DNA from: Octopus bimaculoides
Taxonomy: Eukaryota
Length of the DNA stretch: 51,723 nucleotides
Reading direction: 5' to 3'
NCBI RefSeq assembly: GCF_001194135.2
Contig: NC_068982.1
Location: 90,408,070-90,459,792 of the forward strand
Part shown: positions 22,621 through 33,357 of the stretch, in pieces
How positions within the stretch are numbered: the first letter of the stretch is position 1
Layout: the number at the start of each line of letters is the position of its first letter
Made by a program: the position numbers and the translations under genes
Notes under the pieces: model-generated
What the model saw: only the letters and a program-made list of their open reading frames with translations
Told to the model about the DNA's origin: nothing
The model's database searches: none

Positions 22621-23182
22621 TAGATATCATATGTGCAGCATTTTTTCAATCGTTAAATCCTCATTTTTATTCTATTTTTCCTTATTCATTGTATCTTTCC
22701 TCAAGCCTACGAGCATTCTTTCTATTTTCTCCCAAACCATTTTCTCCTCCCTTACTTCTCCTATCTCCCTCCCACCAACCACAGTCTCTACATTGCCCAG
22801 TACACTTGATATCGCTTTCTCAGCGGCATTAAACTTGCTCACAGCATAAAATTTATTCCTCTGCTTGGATTATTTTTATTGAGTATTTACTGAGGTAGTA
22901 CATCACTCGTTTCTTCATATTATACTGTTTTACTATATTCAAATATAAAATATCGCGTTATTATCTGAAAAGAATAAATCGTACGGAAATTCTACACAAT
23001 ATCTCATTATATATTCATATATGTAATGAAAAACTATTTATTTAAATTTATAAATACTTACATTTATACATATATTATGTATGTATCAAAGTAGGTATTA
23101 AACATTTTAATGATGAATACCTACATTAATGTATAAATACATGCTTTCCTTCTTTTATTCTTTTATAATTTTCAACCTCAGT

Positions 23183-23287
23183 GAAGGCGAGTGGCTTCGT
23201 GATTAGGGTATTCGGCTCACGATCGTAAGGTCGTGAGTACAATTCCTGGTGACGCGTAGTGTCCTTGAGCAAGACACTTTATTTCAC
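23183..23287 (+). mobile_element. Family C SINE head
   Basis: gaaggcgagtggcttcgtgattagggtattcggctcacgatcgtaaggtcgtgagtacaattcc...gtgtccttgagcaagacactttatttcac. Confidence 0.8.
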
Positions 23288-23409
23288 AAAGTCTAAATTT
23301 ATTGACTTGAATGGATTTCTCAAATACTTTTCATTTAATCACACGCGGTGTTGCGTTATCTAAGATCCCTAACTCTCTATTGAACTCCAGATCAGTGGCC
23401 GCATGCATA

Positions 23410-23627
23410 TTCATTTATTCTTTTATTTGTTTCAGTCATTTGACTGCGGCCATGCTGGAGCACCGCCTTCAGTCGAACAAATCGACCCCAGGAATTATTC
23501 TTTGTAAACCTAGTAATTATTCTATCGGGATCTTTTGTCGAATTGCTACGTTACAGGGACAAAAACACACGAACGTCGGTTTTCATGCGATGGTGGGGGT
23601 GACAAACACAGACTCACAAACACAAAT

Positions 23628-23662
<35 letters not shown>

Positions 23663-23829
23663 CACGACGGGTTTATTTCAGTTTCCGTCTACCAAATCCA
23701 CTCTACCAAATCGTATTTTGGTCAGCCCGAAGCTATAGTAGTAAAAGACACTTGCCCAAGGTGCCACGCAGTAGGACTGAACCCAAAACCTTGTACTTGG
23801 GAAGCAAGCTATTTACCATACAGCCACTC
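23410..23829 (-). mobile_element. Family A SINE, full length
   Basis: Reverse complement of the 9050 copy, including the internal (CA)n(TA)n. Contains a small internal duplication ctaccaaatc..ctaccaaatc. Confidence 0.9.
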
Positions 23830-24207
23830 AAATATATTCTGAAGAATTGGAAAATTCCACCTATTCTTGACTGACTCTGTATCTTTCCAGCCTTATTATT
23901 TAAGGTCTAAGGAGGAGAGTTCTTTTACCTTTTTTACTTTCAATCTCTTACATTTTAGTTTCTACTTTTCGTTTTCCATTTATTGTCTGCATTTTCTATA
24001 TGCTGTCTTTTCAATTTTTTCCCGTTTTTTCTATTATTCAATTTCAATTCAAGTTCATTATGATATATTATTTGTGCCTAAACAATATGTCAGTTTTCTC
24101 AACATATGAATCTATTAGTAGCGCTTGAGTACATGTATTGTGACCTTTAAATAAATTATCTTTATATCTCACCCGATGGAGTCTTGTTTTCTATGACGGA
24201 TCAGTAC

Positions 24208-24250
<43 letters not shown>

Positions 24251-24574
24251 NNNNNNNNNNNNNNNNNNNNNNNNNNNNNNNNNNNNNNNNNNNNNNNNNN
24301 NNNNNNNNNNNNNNNNNNNNNNNNNNNNNNNNNNNNNNNNNNNNNNNNNNNNNNNNNNNNNNNNNNNNNNNNNNNNNNNNNNNNNNNNNNNNNNNNNNNN
24401 NNNNNNNNNNNNNNNNNNNNNNNNNNNNNNNNNNNNNNNNNNNNNNNNNNNNNNNNNNNNNNNNNNNNNNNNNNNNNNNNNNNNNNNNNNNNNNNNNNNN
24501 NNNNNNNNNNNNNNNNNNNNNNNNNNNNNNNNNNNNNNNNNNNNNNNNNNNNNNNNNNNNNNNNNNNTTCCGAT

Positions 24575-24580
24575 CTATAT

Positions 24581-24654
<74 letters not shown>

Positions 24655-24690
24655 GTGTGTGTATGTATGTATGTATAAACATATGTATGT
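24575..24690. repeat. (GATA)n/(TATG)n microsatellite
   Basis: Direct observation. Confidence 0.9.
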
Positions 24691-24860
24691 GTATGTCTAT
24701 TCACACCGATTTGACAACCGGGGCTGATTTGTTTATGTCTCTGTCACTTAGTACCAGATGCGTAAAAATAAGTACTGGGGTTGATTTGTTTGAGTAAACC
24801 CTTTAAGGCTTACACCAGCATGCAGTCCAATGGGTAAAACAATGACAAGAATAATAGAAT
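24690..24860 (+). mobile_element. Family A SINE 3' half, degenerate
   Basis: ttgacaaccggggctgatttgtttatgtctctgtcacttag...aaaataagtactggggttgatttgtttgag...caccagcatg. Confidence 0.65.
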
Positions 24861-25348
24861 AATCTGGTTCCACCGCGAGTCTCATTGAGCAAGTCCCAAT
24901 ATCCTTCAGAGACCCTATGTAAACATGTCTTATACATAGGTACATGATTTGTGTGTATGCTTGTCACACATCAGTTCGGCAAGAAGATACTCATAAATTA
25001 AGAACCAGATTTTAAAATATGTACTAAGGCATTAGAATCACAAATAAGTATAAGAATAGTATGTTTTGGCATGCATAAGTAAAGATGCAATCTTGTATTG
25101 AAAATACTTGAATTCAGACCACATACACACACAGTTTTAATTCACTTATCACGTCTGTTTGCCGGTTAGATATAAAACCTACATTATTAAGGTAGTGAAA
25201 CAAAAGTCATCAATAAATTTTTAAAATGACTGATCGATGAACTGAGTGATTGATTATTTGTTGATTGGTTGTTTATTTAGTTGTTTGGCTTATGAATGAT
25301 CAACACAAAGGCAGGCAAGCAAACAGACAGCCAGACAAGCAGGCAGGC

Positions 25349-25349
<1 letters not shown>

Positions 25350-25431
<82 letters not shown>
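25350..25431. repeat. (GATA)n microsatellite
   Basis: Direct observation. Confidence 0.95.
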
Positions 25432-25529
25432 GTTATTCGTAAGTATGAATTAGCGTATTTAACTCACAGCACAATTTCGTGAGGAAAAAGATCTGCACAT
25501 ACAAGTAATTGCAGGAAAAAATCAATATC

Positions 25530-25748
25530 TTAATATGATTTAAGAATACTAAGCCATCCACTGCTAACTGCTATTTCTATAGTTGCAAGAAAAGAATCTG
25601 CCTGACTATTAATTCTAATATTAACTAACGAAATCCTCAAGAAACTGTTGGACATACATTTCTCATAAAATTTTTCTATTAGGCTATTCATTACATTCAT
25701 AATATCTACTTCTTCTACATAATGAGTTATTGGAATTAGTTTTACCAT
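25530..25748 (-). pseudogene. Possible pogo/Tigger CENP-B-type HTH remnant
   Basis: ORF ...SLIEKFYEKCMSNSFLRISLVNIRINSQADSFLATIEIAVSSGWLSILKSY* loosely echoes the ..WF.E.R.....IS..I...A..F....ASNGWL..FK motif. Weak. Confidence 0.25.
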
Positions 25749-25914
25749 TAATCACCGTATTTTTTTAGTTATTTTTTCTTTCATTTTTTGTCCTGCACAT
25801 AAATTGTTCTTGTAGTTGTTTTACCCAAGTTCAGACCTAATCCAGCACACCTATAATCAAAGCTTGTGGACGTGGCTATCATTATTTACTTTATGTATGT
25901 TTGTGTGTGTGAAA

Positions 25915-25978
<64 letters not shown>

Positions 25979-26030
25979 ATATGTGCGTGTGTGTTTGTGT
26001 GTATACAAACACACAAATTCAGTCAGTAAA

Positions 26031-26376
26031 ACAGGTAAAACGTAAGCGACATATGTTTTTTAACTAACTGTAGCTCATAGTGTAAGTGTTGCGCAATGAA
26101 CCCTTCTCAGCGTTACTAATTATCAGGCTGCCATTACCTTAATAAAGTTTACATTGCTGCACAGAATTTCAAAGTCAGCCACAACAGAATGGATGAATCC
26201 AACTGAGTAGTCCAGCTGAATTGTTAGACTCACCAATGTGTTGTCGCTAACTAAAATCCCATGCGGCAATGTAAACTTCGTTCATATAATTGTAGCCTGA
26301 TGGTTTGCTACGCTGAGAAGAGTTTATTGCGTAACACTCCTAGTTAAGAAACATATGTAGCTTATATTTTACCTGT
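26031..26376. mobile_element. Near fully palindromic MITE (~345 bp), with pogo/Tigger-like termini (A)CAGGT...ACCTG(T)
   Basis: 26085-26161 and 26262-26338 are 77-bp inverted arms (about four fifths identical by eye). Pairing extends outward (acaggtaaaacgtaagcgacatatg / catatgtagcttatattttacctgt) and inward almost to the centre. Confidence 0.75.
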
Positions 26377-26607
26377 TCCACTCCCTCAATTTGTTTTTGT
26401 GCTTTTTTTTTGTTTTTCTTTTGCTGCAAAGCAGCATTGGTTGCTAACTGAGCTGTGTAGAAACTATCAGCTTATCAAATTTCTTTGCAGCTTCGATGTA
26501 AGAAAGAGTGTGTAACTCTCAGTGCCAATAAATTGTTATTATATCTTACCGTATTATTTCAATTTTTTGTTCTCTATACTGACCGCCTACAGCTTGAAGC
26601 GTACAAA

Positions 26608-26870
26608 GTCTTACATTCGGATCGCTGGATCATATATGCGTATATGTATATACATATCTATTTATCTCTACATCTATCTATCTATCTATCTATCTATGTG
26701 TACGTGTATGTATGTATGTATGTATGTACATGATGGAACAGGTAAATTGGGACAAGTTTCAAATGAGTATATTTCTGATAGTATAGATTTTGTTGGAGCC
26801 TAAGTTTTAAATATTACCTGCTTGAATAATCACTTGCATTATCTTTTATTTCTCATTCACACACACACAG

Positions 26871-26901
<31 letters not shown>

Positions 26902-27867
26902 CATACGACGAGCTTCTTTCAGTTTCCGTCTACCAAATCCACTCACAAGTATTTAGTCGTCTCGAGGATAGAGTAAAAGACACTTGTCCAAGGTGACACG
27001 TAGTGGGATTGAACCCGGAACCATGTGGTTCGAAAGCAAACTTCTTACCACACAGCCACACCAGCGCTATACTTATTTATTTATTTGCTTATTTATCTTC
27101 AGAATCGTTGCATTTAAACTAAATTTGTTCCATAACATCTTCGATCGCAACACTTATATTTCATTTGTGATTTAATACTGATTTCTAATGTCTTATAGAA
27201 TTATGTTTAATGACTTAAATCATCTGAGATGTTAATGCAATGAGCTAAATATATTAAAATATGATTAGCGTGGTGTTGTCTTCATGTTCATAAACAAAAA
27301 AAATTCTCAAATCACACATACCTAAGTAAACTCTAATAGATATTACTAGGTGTATCAAATCAGTATTTTAGGCAAAGTTGACAGAATAAACATAGCTTGT
27401 AGACTTAGCTTCAAACCCAAAGTGCTATTCTATCCATGAGTAGTATGAGCTGCAACAAGATGATCTATGATAAATGCATTATGTTTCATAGACAAAGTAC
27501 TTATGTTAGTAATTCAGTAAATTATGCGAGTCGTCATTGCCTTAATGGTTTATGACAGTCACCATAAATATTAAGCACGAGTGAATTGATGTCAGTCACA
27601 TATGATTGATTCTCTTCTGTGACATGTTATGTGTTGATCATCGTGTACATAGAAGGATGAATGATGCGACAGAAATTGACGAGAATCACACTTTATAAAA
27701 CAGCAATGATGCACTTAATGCATACATATACGCACGCACGCACGCACGCACGCACACACATATACATACATATATACATACATACACATGCACATACATA
27801 CACACGCACATACATACATACGTACGTACATACATACATACATACATACACGAACACATAGATAGAT

Positions 27868-27908
<41 letters not shown>

Positions 27909-27995
27909 CATACATACATACATACATACATACATACATACGTACATACATACATACATATAGGCATATATGATCCAGCGATCCGAATGTAAGAC
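26608..27995. repeat. Perfect 32-bp inverted repeat pair (26608-26639 and 27964-27995) with inverted TCTA/TATG microsatellite extensions
   Basis: gtcttacattcggatcgctggatcatatatgc versus gcatatatgatccagcgatccgaatgtaagac. Confidence 0.85.
26904..27068 (-). mobile_element. Family A SINE head
   Basis: tacgacgagcttctttcagtttccgtctaccaaatccactcac...gggattgaacccggaaccatgtgg...ccacacagccacaccagcgct. Confidence 0.9.
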
Positions 27996-28097
27996 GCACA
28001 TATATACATATGACATACATACGTACATACATACTTACATACATATATACATACATATATACGTGTGTGTGTGTGTGTGTGTGTTCATGTGTGCTTG

Positions 28098-28153
<56 letters not shown>
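27715..28153. repeat. Compound (CACG)n/(CATA)n/(GATA)n/(GT)n microsatellite block
   Basis: Direct observation. Confidence 0.9.
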
Positions 28154-28155
<2 letters not shown>

Positions 28156-28350
28156 CTTTTACTTGAATCATTCATTGGATTGTGGCCATACTGGAGCACT
28201 GCTTTGAAGGGACTTTTGGCGACGAATCAGTTCCAGTACTTATTGTTTAAGCCAGGTAGTTATCCAATCGGCCTCTTTTGCCGAACCGAGAAGTTACGGG
28301 GACATAAACCCACCAACACTGGTTAGTGGAAGGATAAACACAGGCACAAA
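28153..28350 (-). mobile_element. Family A SINE 3' half
   Basis: cttttacttg...tggccatactggagcactgctttgaagg...ctcttttgccgaaccgagaagttacggggacataaac. Confidence 0.8.
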
Positions 28351-28430
28351 TATGCATGCAAGCAGGCACACGCACACTCATATACATGTATATAAATATA
28401 TACAAACGCACACATAAACACACACTTGTA

Positions 28431-29725
28431 TTTGGTCATTACATAAATAAAGCGGTTTTTCAATTGCCTGAACTAAAAATCGGAGAGGGACGGGATAAAC
28501 TACCTGCATCAACTTGCAATAAAAGTAGATAGTAATTTTACCTTGTCCTTATTCTTAGTGGAAGTTTTGAAGAGTGCAGCTCGATTTTAACAGTCATTTT
28601 CTCAAAGCTATAATGGAAGTGACAAAGAGCATATTCGGCATATTTTGCTTTATGAGTTCAGTAAAGGCAACAACGCAACGGAAAATGAGAAGAATATTAA
28701 TGCAGTATATGCGGATCGGACAATAAGCGTATGCTAGTGTCAACGGTGGTTCCAGAAATTCCGAGCTTGAAACTACAGCCTAGAAGACGAGCCTCGTCCT
28801 GGAAGATCTATAGAGCTCGACGAGGACGCCCTGCAAAACCCGGTGGAACAAAATCCCATCGTAACTGTTGAGGAACTAGCAGAGAAGCTTGGATTTGGTC
28901 ATTCAACCGTTCATCGACACCTGCGTGCCATCAGAAAAGTCAGCAAATTGGGTGAATGCGTTGCTCACAAACTTTCCCACTGAATCGCACGCAGAGAGCG
29001 AATATGCGCTCTTCTTTGCTGTCAATTCTCACGAATGAAACATTTTTTTAGGCCGATTAGTGAGTGGTGACGAGAAATGGGTTCTCTATAAAAATGTCAA
29101 GTGCCGAAGACAGTGGGTAGGGAAAGAAGAAATACCGGCACTCCCGGCTAAAGAAGATCTTTACCCACGTAAGGTGCTGTTATCTGTTTGGCGGAATATG
29201 AAAGGTTTAGTCCACTTTGAACTTTTAAACCCAAACCAAACAATAACAAAGGAGATCTATTGAGAGCAGCATGAGCGACTTAAGTCAGTGCTAGAAGAAA
29301 AACGACCATCTTTGGTTTCAAGACGAAAGGTGTTCTTCCATCAGGATAATGCTTGGCCACATACAGCGAGGATGACATTCCAAATGCTGGAGCAGTTTGA
29401 ATGGAAAACGATGCTCCACCCACCATATTCGCCGGACATTGCCCCATTTGATTATCATTTATTCTGCTGTGTTCAAAATTATTTGAATGGAAAAAAATAT
29501 GAATTCTGTAGACGAGGTCAGAACAGTACTGGAGGAGTATTTTTCGTCACGAGCAAAGGAATTTTGGAAGAGAAGCCTTGCAAGTCAACCAGATTGATGG
29601 AAGAGTATTATAGATAATGAAGGAGAGTACATTTTAGATTAAAAAAGAACTTTGTTCATCTTAATTTTGAAAAATAAAATAAGCGTCAAAAACAATGCAT
29701 GACTAATATTTATGGGATGACCCAA
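28431..29725 (+). mobile_element. Near full-length mariner (DD34D) transposon, 1295 bp, TA-flanked, inactive
   Basis: TA at 28429-28430 and 29726-29727. TIRs tttggtcattacataaata and tatttatgggatgacccaa match at 16/19. Decayed transposase inside. Confidence 0.95.
28613..29642 (+). pseudogene. Mariner transposase pseudogene
   Basis: MEVTK..HIRHILLYEF.KGNNA..., RWFQKFR...LEDEPRPGR, TVEELAEKLGFGHSTVHRHL, degenerate WVPH (CVAH), GDEKW, HQDNA, HPPYSPDIAPFDYHLF. Several stops and frameshifts. Confidence 0.95.
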
Positions 29726-29740
29726 TATATATATATATTC

Positions 29741-29887
29741 ATACAACAGGATTCTTTAAGTTTCTGTCTACCAGATCTACTCATAAGGCTTCGATCGACC
29801 CGAGGCTACAGTAGAAGACACTCGTCTAAGAAGTAGGACTGAAACTGGAAGTATGTTGCTGGGAAGTAAACTTCTTACCACACAACC
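29741..29887 (-). mobile_element. Family A SINE head, degenerate
   Basis: gtttctgtctaccagatctactcataaggcttcgatcgacccgaggctacagtagaagacac...cttcttaccacacaacc. Confidence 0.8.
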
Positions 29888-30689
29888 TTACATTTTATTC
29901 AGCAGGATATACAAATAAGAGGAAATCTTACCACTACTTCAAATTTATGACACGACAATCATTAAATTGCCAAATCATACAAAAATATAGAATAGTAAAT
30001 AGTTTCCTAGATCAAAACATTACAGCCCAATGGGAAAATATTTAATTCCTTAATATGTTATCAACAAGGTGATCATATTTCTCAGCTTATTTTCGTCTCA
30101 TCCAAGTTAATTCATTTTATTTTGCATTCCCCATTCTTTTACTTCTTTCTGTACTTAAAAGTTCGTTGTCTCTTATTCATATTTTATTTTATATTTTTTA
30201 TATTTTCATATTGATTTATCTTATCTTTCAGTTATATCTACCACTCCTTCCTTTCTTGGATACTTGTTCAACTGTTGTCTCTCTTAAATTTACCATTTCT
30301 CCCTTTTCACTGTTTTTTCTTCTTCTTCTTCTTTGGTCTTGATTCTTCAGTAATTCTTTCTATAGTTTATTTGACTGTTTTCCCCATCTGCTACAATTTA
30401 TAGAAGCAAACTTGGTGAGAACAACGCACCCAATCAGGGTGTGCTTGCGTAATATATAACTACTTGAAACGTATGTATTATGTATTAAATGCATTAGAAA
30501 TATCAATGATTGCGTTTGCGATAATTTCCTTACGTATAAATATATGTGTGTGAGTGCGTGAGTGTTTGTGTATGTGTGGTTGTGTATGTTTGTCTTTGTG
30601 TGAGTGTGTGCATTTGTGTATGTGCATGTGTGTGTATGTGTGTGTGTGATTGTGTGTATGTATTCTCAACCAGGTATCGACACACATAC

Positions 30690-30855
30690 TTCTCTCTGGA
30701 CTTTTCATCTTTCTTCTTTCTGACAAAAAGTTTAGCTCGAAACGTCGCGCCTGCTTTTAATCCATTTTAAGAATACTCAGAGGGTACATCTAACGCATTC
30801 ATTCTCTACTTCCTTTTGTTTTTTCGCTGTTTTTGTCTTTATTTTTGATTTACCG
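30690..30855 (+). mobile_element. Penelope-like 3' tail remnant with a degenerate minimal hammerhead
   Basis: tcttcttt-CTGACAA-aaagtttagctc-GAAAC-GTC at 30712-30746, followed by a pyrimidine-rich tail ending at (TA)n, the same architecture as 46700-46945. Confidence 0.5.
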
Positions 30856-30879
30856 ATATATATATGTATATATACACAC

Positions 30880-31028
30880 GTAGATGTTGAACAATGACAA
30901 CGAGTGCTCAGCACCGTGTTGGTAGATAAAGGTTATTTATTTGTGTATTAAGGCTACCATCAGTTTCATGTTAGGGAAACATCTTAACAATTTTTCAAGC
31001 TGATCACATAGAGAAATCGGTGTTCATT
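30880..31028 (-). mobile_element. Penelope-like 3' tail remnant (second family) with hammerhead topology
   Basis: Minus strand: AGC-TTGAAAA-ATTGTTAAG-atgtttc-CCTAACAT-GAAAC-tgatg-GTA-GCC. A homologous ~90 bp copy lies at 32321-32410. Confidence 0.5.
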
Positions 31029-32099
31029 TCTATTTGGGATTAAAACACGAAAAAACACGGGAATTTACGATAGAGACTCGCGATAAGTTTTGTTAGACAA
31101 CAACAAGGAATGAAGGGCGACGACTCTTGAGTAACAACTCTTGGGTGAGTATCTCCTTTGGGTTTGATGTTTGGAAAAAAATTATGCTGAATGATAAGTT
31201 TGTTTATGTGTGATATCCAGAGTATATGTAATGTTCGTATATTTGTGTTTTGACGGAGTTCATCGTGAGTGCATGTTCTTCTAAGTGTGTAATTATCTCC
31301 CTTGAGTTTCACTTTTGGACAAAAAAACTGCTGAGAGAAGAACAATACTTACAATTCCATCGATATCATGAAATAAGTAAATTAAAGTCTCGATATGAAG
31401 TGGAATTTCCCCTACACTTCAGTATCCAACAGTTACGCAGTATGGTGCATTTCCAGTAATTTCGTTTTAGCGAATCAGTTGGCAGAAGAATTGGTTCTAA
31501 AATTCCATTGGACCAACAGTATTGAAGTTTGTAGAGAAATTCAAGAACATCAGTAAAAGAAAATAATATGATTGGGATCTGATATCCGGGTTTATGTAGA
31601 ACATGCTCTTTTGGAGGGGGGGGGTTGTACTTTGTGCTATAATGATACACAACTAACATGTTAATGGTGCAATTATAACAACGCTATGTCATTCTCATAT
31701 CGGAAATGTATTTTATTTCAGAAGTTATAAAGTATATACAACTCTCTTGTTTGTCCCTGAATTTTATCTCTCTATCTTTCTATTTAATTATCGATTTGAC
31801 TGTTTCTCGATCTACCTAGCAAGCTTGCTGGCCAGACAGACAGCCCTCATTNNNNNNNNNNNNNNNNNNNNNNNNNNNNNNNNNNNNNNNNNNNNNNNNN
31901 NNNNNNNNNNNNNNNNNNNNNNNNNNNNNNNNNNNNNNNNNNNNNNNNNNNNNNNNNNNNNNNNNNNNNNNNNNNNNNNNNNNNNNNNNNNNNNNNNNNN
32001 NNNNNNNNNNNNNNNNNNNNNNNNNNNNNNNNNNNNNNNNNNNNNNNNNNNNNNNNNNNNNNNNNNNNNNNNNNNNNNNNNNNNNNNNNNNNNNNNNNN

Positions 32100-32128
32100 T
32101 ATGCATGTATGTATGTATGTATGTATAT

Positions 32129-32202
<74 letters not shown>
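32100..32202. repeat. (TATG)n(GATA)n microsatellite
   Basis: Direct observation. Confidence 0.95.
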
Positions 32203-32203
<1 letters not shown>

Positions 32204-32210
32204 TACTTGT

Positions 32211-32297
32211 GAAGGCGCCTGGCCTAGTGGTTAGGTTGTAGCACCCACAATTGCTCTATTCTTGAGCAAAGCACTTCTTTTCACATTGCTCCAGTCT
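32211..32297 (+). mobile_element. Family C SINE head with an internal deletion
   Basis: gaaggcgcctggcctagtggttagg...ttcttgagcaaagcacttctttcacattgctccagtc. Confidence 0.75.
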
Positions 32298-32320
32298 TCC
32301 TTTCGATTAGATCTTACTGT

Positions 32321-32407
32321 ATTTGTGTATTAAATCTACCATAGTTTTCATGTTAGGAAAATATCTAAACAAATTTTCCAGCCGATCACATGGGCAAATT
32401 GGTCTTC
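32321..32407 (-). mobile_element. Second copy of the 30939-31028 PLE-tail/hammerhead-like unit
   Basis: atttgtgtattaaatctaccatagttttcatgttaggaaaatatctaaacaaattttccagccgatcacatgggcaaattggtcttc aligns end to end with 30939-31026. Confidence 0.6.
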
Positions 32408-32519
32408 GTTGGCCTAACGCTAGAGTAGAAGATACTTGCACAAGGTGCCACACAATAGGACTGAACCCAGAACTATTGGTTGAGAAGCTCAATTTTTACA
32501 ACACAGCCAAGCCTGCACC
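32408..32519 (-). mobile_element. Family A SINE head (tRNA + CORE)
   Basis: gttggcctaacgctagagtagaagatacttgcacaaggtgccacacaataggactgaacccagaac...acacagccaagcctgcacc. Confidence 0.8.
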
Positions 32520-32706
32520 CATATTTATTTACGTATGAAGACAAAAGTAAATTTATAAGACCTGGACTATCCCGTTAGTTATTTAATCATCCTGAAAATG
32601 GAAGGGTGCCTGACTAGTTATGCATATACAGGTTCTAAGTTTATAATCTACCAGGATTGGATTATTCCTTTCATCCTTCTGTGGGTAAAATAAGAACCCT
32701 GATGTA

Positions 32707-33272
32707 CAAGGGCGAGTCAAAAAGTAATGCTATTTTGTTTAGGACAGGTAGAATTACCAACAGAGGAACATATGTCATACATCAAAATGAAGCTGGTCCT
32801 TTGTGGATCACATTCCTACTGGTTAACATAGTCACCGTTTCTCTCAACAGCAATGTTCCACCTTAGAATGAGAGCATGTAAACTTGCACCATAAAATTTT
32901 GTTGACTGTTCTTTGAGTCTCTTCTTCACTACAGTTGTCACATCCTCGCCACTCGACTATCATCGTCACTGGACTATTATCTCTTCGGCCCCATGAAAGA
33001 GGGTTTGAGAGGCAAACATTATTCCAGTGACGAGGAAGTGAAAACTATAGTAAAAAAGTGGCTCAAAGTACAGTCAACAGAATTTTACGGGGCAGGGGTG
33101 CATACTCTCATTCGAAGGTGGAACATTGCTATTGAGAGAAACAGTGACTATGTTCAGAAGTAGGGATGTGATCCACAGAGGACCAGCTTTATTTTGATGT
33201 ATGATACATCTTCCTGTATTGGTAATTATACCTGTCCTAAACAAAATGGCATTACTTTTTGACTCACCCTCG
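32707..33272 (+). mobile_element. Fold-back mariner MITE, 566 bp, TA-flanked, with 247-bp inverted arms
   Basis: TA at 32705-32706 and 33273-33274. Arms 32707-32953 and 33026-33272. The spacer plus right arm encode DYYLFGPMKEGLRGKHYSSDEEVKTIVKKWLKVQSTEFYGAGVHTLIRRWNIAIERNSDYVQK*, a mariner C-terminus. Confidence 0.92.
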
Positions 33273-33274
33273 TA

Positions 33275-33357
33275 TAACGCAGTGGAACTGAACCCAGAAT
33301 CATGCGTATAAGGAAGTAAACTTCTTACAATGCACCACACAGTCACGCCTGCGCCTA
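33275..33357 (-). mobile_element. Family A SINE tRNA-like head fragment
   Basis: acgcagtggaactgaacccagaatcatg...ccacacagtcacgcctgcgcct. Confidence 0.75.

Noticed and set aside
22700-22870. Minus-strand open frame FYAVSKFNAAEKAISSVLGNVETVVGG...
   Set aside because: Purine-rich bias explains the openness, and I recognise no family.
31097-31144. 48-nt AG...GTGAGT candidate micro-exon (TTTRNEGRRLLSNNSW)
   Set aside because: Weak polypyrimidine tract; such hits are expected by chance in 50 kb.
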